A stretch of 64,000 nt of DNA from an uncultured Acidimicrobiaceae bacterium (GTDB lineage Bacteria; Actinomycetota; Acidimicrobiia; Acidimicrobiales; CAYSAC01). A model generated the notes under the pieces. The model was not told the origin of the DNA, searched no databases, and saw only the letters and a list, made by a program, of their open reading frames with translations. Within the stretch, counting starts at the first letter, position 1, and the number at the start of each line of letters is the position of its first letter. Shown one piece after another: positions 58,645-64,000 of this stretch. A program made the position numbers and the translations under genes. The stretch lies in assembly GCA_964428815.1 (NCBI GenBank), contig CAYSAC010000001.1, positions 25,349 through 89,348 of the forward strand, written 5' to 3'.

Positions 58645-59614
58645 GGGCGTGACCCTCTTCACGCTCCGGTTCGACCTGCGCAACCCCGCCTTCGCCGGCG
58701 TGTCGATGACCGAGCGCGTGCGCGCCGCCATCGACATGTGCGAGTGGGCTGACGCGCGCGGCGGGGTGTACGTCAGCCTCTCCGAGCATCACGGAGTCGA
58801 GGACGGCTACCTGCCCAGCCCGCTCGCCCTCGCTGCAGCGATCGCCGCCCGCACCTCCACCGTCCGCATCGGGATCAACGCGCTCGTCGCGCCGTTCCAC
58901 GACCCGCTCCGCCTCGCGGAGGACGCCGCTGTCGTCGACCTGATCAGCGAGGGTCGACTCGACCTGACGATCGCCGGTGGCTACGTCGCCGACGAGTTCG
59001 CGATGTTCGGCGTGCCGATGTCGGAGCGACCGACCCGCGTTGAGGAGACCGTCGCGACGCTGCGGGCGGCGTGGACGGGCGAGCCGTTCGAGTTCCGCGG
59101 CCGGACGGTGCAGGTGCGACCGACCCCGGCGCAACCCGGCGGACCGCGCATCGTCCTCGGCGGAACCAGCGAAGCGGCTGCGCGACGGGCTGCCCGCATC
59201 GCCGACGGCTTCATCCCGTCAGAGACCTCATGCTGGACCTTCTACCGCGATGAGTGCCTCAAGCTCGGCAAGGCCGACCCTGGGCCGGGCATGACCATCG
59301 ACGCGGCCGTGGTCGTCCTCGCTGAGGACCCGGCCGCGGTATGGCCCGTGCTCGCCCCGTACTTCCTGCACGAGGTGAACGCCTACGGTGCGCTGCAGGC
59401 GGCCGCGGGTGTGAAGGCGGTCTACGAGCCGGTCGCCGGCATCGACGAGCTGCGAGCGCGGAGCCAGTACCGCATCCTGACGCCGGACGAGTACGCGGCC
59501 GAGCTCCAACGCTCCGAGGTGCCCGTTGCTCGTCTCCACCCGATGGTTGGGGGCACCCCTCCGGAGCTCGCATGGGAGCACCTCCACCTATTCGAGGAGA
59601 CGTTCCTGCGATAG
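58625..59614 (+). CDS. LLM-class flavin-dependent oxidoreductase
   Basis: VSLSEHH, SEGRLDLTIAGGY and IVLGGTSEAAARRAARIADGF. The ATG at 58625 overlaps the upstream gene by 20 nt; GTG at 58649 is an alternative. Confidence 0.8.
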   Translation: MTDRGNEGVTLFTLRFDLRNPAFAGVSMTERVRAAIDMCEWADARGGVYVSLSEHHGVEDGYLPSPLALAAAIAARTSTVRIGINALVAPFHDPLRLAEDAAVVDLISEGRLDLTIAGGYVADEFAMFGVPMSERPTRVEETVATLRAAWTGEPFEFRGRTVQVRPTPAQPGGPRIVLGGTSEAAARRAARIADGFIPSETSCWTFYRDECLKLGKADPGPGMTIDAAVVVLAEDPAAVWPVLAPYFLHEVNAYGALQAAAGVKAVYEPVAGIDELRARSQYRILTPDEYAAELQRSEVPVARLHPMVGGTPPELAWEHLHLFEETFLR

Positions 59615-59617
59615 CGC

Positions 59618-61249
59618 TCACGCGCCGTCGCGCTGGAGGAGCATCACGCCGGACGGCGTCCCGCCGCCCGAGGTGACGACCGCGGTGGTCGCGCCCGCCA
59701 CCTGGCGCTCCCCCGCGTCGTGGCGGAGCTGGGTCACCGCTTCGTAGAGGAAGCCGAAGCCGTGCGTGCGTCCCTCGGACAGCTGGCCCCCGTGCGGGTT
59801 CACCGGGAGGTCGCCGTCGAGCGCGATCCGGCGGCCCTCGTCGATCCAGTCCTTCGCCTCGCCGAACCCGCAGAAGCCCAGGCCTTCGAGCCACGAGATG
59901 GCGTTGAACGTGAAGCCGTCGTAGACGAGCGCGACGTCGACGTCGTCGGGCCGCAGCGACGTCCTGGTCCACAGGTGCGCCGACTGCCCGATCACCTGCG
60001 GCTCATGGGTGATCGTCCCCTGGTCCCACGAGGCGCGCTCGAGGATCTGTGTGCCCACCGCGTCGATGCGGACCGCCGGCCGCGGGAGGTCGCCGGCAAC
60101 CGAGGCAGCGGAGACGACGACCGCGATCGAGGCGTCGCAGGGCACGTCGCAGTCGTAGAGGCCGAACGGGCTCGTGATCGGCCGGGCCGAGAGGTAGTCG
60201 TCCATCGTCATCGGGTCGCGGTAGATGGCGGCGGGGTTGCGCGCCGCGTTGGCGCGGCCGTTGAGCGCGATGTAGCCGAACAGCTCGCGGCTGGCGCCGT
60301 AGCGGTGCAAGTACTGGTTCGCGTTCATGCCGAGCCAGTTCGCCGCCGACATCGCCCCGAACGGGGCGCGCCACGCCTGCCAGCCCGAGGCACGACCGCC
60401 GCCGCCGCCACCGCCACCGCCGAGGCGCAGCGTCGCGAACGTCGACTCCCACACCGTCCGGAAGCAGAGCACGTGTCGGCACAGCCCGCTGGCCACCGCC
60501 AACATCGCTGCAATGACCGAGCCGCCGGGACCGTGGAGGTCGCCGCCACCGTTGATCCACGTCGGGTGCAACCTCAGCGCTTCCTCGACAGCGATGACGC
60601 CCCCCTCGCTCATGCCCATCCCGCCGGCGCCCGGGTAGGTGGAGAGGCCGTCGATGTCGTCGAGGGTCAGGCCCGCGTCGGCGACCGCCTTCAGGCATGC
60701 GTCGACGGTGAGCGACAGCGGGTCGACCATCAGCCGCCGCCCGAGCGCGGAGCGACCGATCCCGGAGAGCACCGCCTTGTGCTCGAACCGATCGTCGCTC
60801 AGCGGCGCGCGCGGAGCGGGCAGGTCGGGTTCCGGGATGGGGTTCGGCAGCGTCGCGCCCGTCGGCTCGAAGAGCGGGAGCCACACGTCGTCGTGCTGCT
60901 CGAACCGGACCGTGACCTCCTGCCCGATGTGCACGTCGCCCGGATCGCAGCTGACGATGTTGGTCGTGAGGCGCACGTCGACGCTCTCGGCGAGGGCGAC
61001 GACAGCGATCACGTAAGGGGGCTCGAACTCGGGCAGCCACTGGTGCGCGTTGACCGTGAAGCCGACGACCGTGGCGCGGCCGGACACCGGCGTCGGTTGC
61101 CACGAGCGACTCCGGCAGCGCGGGCAGATCGGCACCGGCGGGTGCACGAGCGTCGCGCACTCGGTGCAGCCCTGGATCCGCAGCACGCCGTCGGCTCCGG
61201 ACGTCCAGAACCACTCGGTCGCGAGCGTCAGCTCCGGAAGCGGTCGCAA
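59618..61249 (-). CDS. DUF35 (Zn-ribbon/OB-fold) fused to a thiolase-like SCP-x/Ltp-type domain
   Basis: N-terminus: CTECATLVHPPVPICPRC Zn ribbon plus OB segment (VIAVVALAE..VRLTTNIV). C-terminus: thiolase-like fold (GLSTYPG..., NPHGGQLSEG, GGG). There is no Cys at the nucleophile position (HGPGGSVIAA). TTG start at 61247-61249 is inferred. Confidence 0.8.
   Translation of the reverse strand: MRPLPELTLATEWFWTSGADGVLRIQGCTECATLVHPPVPICPRCRSRSWQPTPVSGRATVVGFTVNAHQWLPEFEPPYVIAVVALAESVDVRLTTNIVSCDPGDVHIGQEVTVRFEQHDDVWLPLFEPTGATLPNPIPEPDLPAPRAPLSDDRFEHKAVLSGIGRSALGRRLMVDPLSLTVDACLKAVADAGLTLDDIDGLSTYPGAGGMGMSEGGVIAVEEALRLHPTWINGGGDLHGPGGSVIAAMLAVASGLCRHVLCFRTVWESTFATLRLGGGGGGGGGRASGWQAWRAPFGAMSAANWLGMNANQYLHRYGASRELFGYIALNGRANAARNPAAIYRDPMTMDDYLSARPITSPFGLYDCDVPCDASIAVVVSAASVAGDLPRPAVRIDAVGTQILERASWDQGTITHEPQVIGQSAHLWTRTSLRPDDVDVALVYDGFTFNAISWLEGLGFCGFGEAKDWIDEGRRIALDGDLPVNPHGGQLSEGRTHGFGFLYEAVTQLRHDAGERQVAGATTAVVTSGGGTPSGVMLLQRDGA
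60395..60421 (-). repeat. GGY trinucleotide tract encoding a Gly9 run inside the thiolase-like domain
   Basis: Plus strand reads accgccgccgccgccaccgccaccgcc. The minus strand translates to LGGGGGGGGGRASGW. Confidence 0.85.
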
Positions 61250-61251
61250 CG

Positions 61252-62298
61252 TCAGTCGCCCAGGTTGGCGATGATCTGCGGGAGGTCGGTGATCGTGCGG
61301 ATTCCGGGGGAGGCGGCGCACACGTAGGGCACCGCGTTCACGGGACGATGCGCCGTGAGCCCTGGTGTCGTGGCCGCGTAGTGCTCGGGCGCGACGGGGA
61401 AGCGGATGTCCACCGCCAGCGGTGTGTCGCCCTCGACCAGCACGCGCCAGCCGCTCTCGCGCAGGTCCCACGACGGCTCGATGTCGGTGCCGCAGTACCA
61501 GTTGGTCCGCATCTGCAGCAGCGGCTCCCCGTCTCGCAGACCGCTCACGATCATGCGCTGGGCAGCGACCGTGCCGGCGTCGATGGTGCCGGCCGCGATC
61601 TCGATGTTCTGCCGCGCCGTCGCCACCTCGCCGGTCGACTCGACCGCGTCCAGCGGCATCCCCAGCGCCTCAGCCAGCACGCGGAGCGACGGGCCGAACG
61701 ACGCAGCGCCGTGGGCCCAGCGGCCCGGGTCGAACGCCGACGGCTCCTTGCCGAACCCCATGAGGCCGAACAGCAGCTCCGGCGAGTTCCTCGACGTCAG
61801 GTCGGCGAACTCGTCGATGGTCACGCGGTCGAGCCGGCGCTGGAGCGAGGTGAGCACGATCGGCAGTGCCTCGGTGATGAACCCGGGGCTGCTGCCGGTG
61901 CTGTGGAGGCTGGAGCCGCCGCGCTGGCACGCAGCCTCGAGTCGCTCCCGCACCGGCGGATCGATGCTGGCCGGGTGGTGGAGCTCGCTGCGGGTGGTCA
62001 CGACGTTGGCACCCGACTCCAGCAGCCGACACAGGACGTCGACATCGGTGCGATCCCCCATGTAGAGGACACAGTCGGGCTGCAAAGCGACGATCTCCTC
62101 GACGTCCTGGGTCGCGGTCACGCCGACCGGCGCGATGTCGCACAGCTCGCCCGCGTCGCGGCCCGCCTTGGCGTCGGCGTACACGTACAGCCCCACCAGC
62201 TCGAGGTCAGGGTGCTCGATCACGGACCGCAGGGAGCGCAGGCCGATGTTCCCCGTCGCCCACTGCACCACGCGATACGACGGTCCGTCGGACACCAT
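61252..62298 (-). CDS. NAD(P)-binding oxidoreductase, DapB-N-terminal-like / amine-dehydrogenase-like family
   Basis: Trimmed to the ATG at 62296-62298 (TGATG overlap). YRVVQWATGNIGLRSLRSVIEHPDLELVGLYVY Rossmann-type N-terminus. The family assignment is from memory. Confidence 0.7.
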   Translation of the reverse strand: MVSDGPSYRVVQWATGNIGLRSLRSVIEHPDLELVGLYVYADAKAGRDAGELCDIAPVGVTATQDVEEIVALQPDCVLYMGDRTDVDVLCRLLESGANVVTTRSELHHPASIDPPVRERLEAACQRGGSSLHSTGSSPGFITEALPIVLTSLQRRLDRVTIDEFADLTSRNSPELLFGLMGFGKEPSAFDPGRWAHGAASFGPSLRVLAEALGMPLDAVESTGEVATARQNIEIAAGTIDAGTVAAQRMIVSGLRDGEPLLQMRTNWYCGTDIEPSWDLRESGWRVLVEGDTPLAVDIRFPVAPEHYAATTPGLTAHRPVNAVPYVCAASPGIRTITDLPQIIANLGD

Positions 62299-63212
62299 CA
62301 GACCCCCTCCGCTGCGAGCGATGCCTTGTGCAGCACGTTCTGGGCGAGGCGCATGTGGGCGGCGTCGACGAGCTTGCCGTCGCGCCCGATGGCGCCCACA
62401 CCCTCGGCCTCGGATGCGCGGTAGATCTCGATGGCCTCGCGCGCCTCTTCGACCTCCTTCGCGGTCGGGGCGAAGACCTCGTTGGCGATGGGGATCTGGC
62501 TCGGGTGGATCGCCCACTTGCCATCGAAGCCGAGCAGGCTCGCGTGCATCGCCGACCGGCGGTACCCCTCTGGGTCCTGGTAGGCGGGGTACGGCGCGTC
62601 GATGGCGTCGATGCCAGCGGCCCTCGCGGCGCTGAGGACCTGCACGCGCGCGTGGTGCCAGAAGTCGCCGGGATACTCCCCGATCGGATCGAAGTTGCCG
62701 TCAACGCGTGCACGGAGCGATGCCGACAGATCGCCGGCGCCGAAGATGATCGCTTCGAGCCGATCGCTGGCGCGGGCGATCTCGGCGGCGTTGGTCAGGC
62801 CCTCGGCCTCCTCGATGAGCACCTCGAGGCCGATCCGCTTCTGGATGCCGAGCTTGGTCTCGAGCTGGGTGAGCAGCACGTCGACCCACCAGACATCGCG
62901 CGCGGTGCGGGCCTTTGGCACGATCAGCACGTCGAGCGCGTCCCGCGCTCCGGTGACCACCTCGATGATGTCGCCGTGGCACCACGGCGTCTCGATGCCG
63001 TTGACGCGCACGGCGCGCACGGTGCGGCCCCAGTCGAGGTTCGTGAGTGCGGCGACCGCGGTCCCTCGTGCCGCCTCCTTGGCGATCGGCGCGCAAGCAT
63101 CCTCGAGGTCGAGGAACACGAGGTCCGCACCAGAGGTGGCGGACTTCTCGCACATCTTCTCGCTGCTGGCCGGCGTGGCCAGCTCGGATCGCCGAACGCG
63201 GAGTTCTCCCAC
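62298..63212 (-). CDS. HpcH/HpaI aldolase / citrate-lyase beta (CitE)-like acyl-CoA lyase
   Basis: GTG start at 63210-63212. ADLVFLDLEDA, IEEAEGL, FGAGDL and FDGKWAIHPSQI are CitE/malyl-CoA-lyase-type motifs. Confidence 0.85.
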   Translation of the reverse strand: MGELRVRRSELATPASSEKMCEKSATSGADLVFLDLEDACAPIAKEAARGTAVAALTNLDWGRTVRAVRVNGIETPWCHGDIIEVVTGARDALDVLIVPKARTARDVWWVDVLLTQLETKLGIQKRIGLEVLIEEAEGLTNAAEIARASDRLEAIIFGAGDLSASLRARVDGNFDPIGEYPGDFWHHARVQVLSAARAAGIDAIDAPYPAYQDPEGYRRSAMHASLLGFDGKWAIHPSQIPIANEVFAPTAKEVEEAREAIEIYRASEAEGVGAIGRDGKLVDAAHMRLAQNVLHKASLAAEGV

Positions 63213-63214
63213 GG

Positions 63215-64000
63215 TCAGATGGTGCCAGCCGCGCGCAAGGTGGCGAGGCGGTCGGGGTCGATGCCGAGCAGGTCGCCGAAGACGGCACCGTTGTCGGCTC
63301 CCAGCGCGCGGCCGAGGTGCTCGACGCGCCCGGGCGTCTCGGTCAGCTGCGCCACCGGCGCTTGCACGGTCATCCGGCCGAAGTCTGGATCGTCGATCTC
63401 GAGGAAGGTCCCGCGGGCGCGGAGGTGCTCGTCGGCCAGCAGCTGCTGCGCGTCGTAGATCGGCGAGGCCGTGACCTCTGCGTCCTCGAACACCTTCATC
63501 GCCTCCTCGAGGGTTCGCTCCCGGATCCAGCCGGCAACCAGCTCGTCGACCTCGAGCGCTCGGTCCTGGCGCCGCACCGGGTCGACGTAGTCGGGGTCTT
63601 CGGCGAGCTCGGGTCGATCGATGGCGCGGTAGACGCGCATGGCGATGTTCGGTGACGCGCTCGAGATCGCCACCCACTTGTCGTCCGAGGTTCGATAGGC
63701 GTTGCGGGGCGCGCTGGCGTCGAGGCGGTTGCCGACGCGGCCGGTGATCACCCCGAGCTGGTCGTAGCCGAGCGTGCTGGACTCGATGAGCCGGGCCAAA
63801 GGCTCGATCAGGTTGACGTCGATGAGCTGACCACCGCCGCTGTGGACGTCGCGGTGGTAGAGGGCCATCATCACCGCGTACGTCGCGGCGAGCGAGGCGA
63901 CGCCGTCGGCCAGCATGAACGGAGGCAGCGTCGGCGGCCCGTCCGGCTGGCCGGTCACGTAGGCGAAGCCGCTCATCGCCTCGGCCAGCGTTCCGTAGCC
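63215..64000 (-). CDS. Family-III CoA-transferase (CaiB/BaiF), 5' end outside window
   Basis: The frame is open to base 64000 (GYGTLAEAMSGFAYVTG...LADGVAS...GQLIDVNL). Stop at 63215-63217, 2 nt before the CitE start. Confidence 0.85.
   Translation of the reverse strand, partial: GYGTLAEAMSGFAYVTGQPDGPPTLPPFMLADGVASLAATYAVMMALYHRDVHSGGGQLIDVNLIEPLARLIESSTLGYDQLGVITGRVGNRLDASAPRNAYRTSDDKWVAISSASPNIAMRVYRAIDRPELAEDPDYVDPVRRQDRALEVDELVAGWIRERTLEEAMKVFEDAEVTASPIYDAQQLLADEHLRARGTFLEIDDPDFGRMTVQAPVAQLTETPGRVEHLGRALGADNGAVFGDLLGIDPDRLATLRAAGTI

Noticed and set aside
1-64000. Genomic island, mobile element, prophage or defence-system interpretation of the window.
   Set aside because: I recognised no integrase, transposase, recombinase, tRNA attachment site, terminal inverted or direct repeats, restriction-modification, CRISPR-Cas, toxin-antitoxin pair or phage structural gene. 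Codon style looks uniform except for short promoter-like AT-rich patches.

Overview
Very GC-rich, actinobacterium-like 64-kb chromosomal stretch; composition was judged by eye from third-codon-position G/C bias and was not computed. Roughly nine-tenths of it is coding. I support about 55 intact CDS in 10-11 tightly packed operons, many joined by 1-, 4-, 8- or 11-nt start/stop overlaps. The content is almost entirely oxidative and CoA-dependent catabolism. Oxygenases and redox enzymes: 4 cytochrome P450s (3 of them paralogous), a Baeyer-Villiger monooxygenase, an alpha-only Rieske oxygenase, a KstD-like flavoprotein, a three-subunit xanthine-dehydrogenase-family molybdoenzyme, a stand-alone bis-MGD-type molybdopterin oxidoreductase, 3 luciferase-like (LLM) oxidoreductases, 7 SDRs plus an epimerase-type Rossmann protein, 2 VOC proteins, 2 SnoaL/NTF2 proteins and 2 nitroreductases. 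Hydrolytic and CoA-linked enzymes: 3 amidohydrolase_2 proteins, a tandem pair of M24-fold proteins, a carboxylesterase, a sulfotransferase, an acyl-CoA synthetase, an acyl-CoA dehydrogenase, an enoyl-CoA hydratase, family-III CoA-transferases (one a tandem double-domain fusion), a CitE-like lyase, a DUF35/thiolase-like fusion and a fused E1 alpha-beta ThDP dehydrogenase. Regulators: 3 TetR (one partial) and 1 MarR. I recognised no rRNA, tRNA, CRISPR, transposase, integrase or phage genes. Unusual points: (i) a 14-nt box, TTGTACCGRTCRGT, recurs at three start-proximal intergenic sites and links three operons; (ii) a P450 is translationally coupled to an L-M-S molybdenum hydroxylase; (iii) no ferredoxin or ferredoxin reductase is present for four P450s and a Rieske oxygenase; (iv) there are several domain fusions and degenerate paralogs; (v) a decayed ~1.5-kb segment (3.8-5.3 kb) carries pseudogene remnants and microsatellite scars; (vi) one SDR has no canonical start codon (CTGA junction). 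All functional calls come from motif reading of the supplied translations; no database search was possible.
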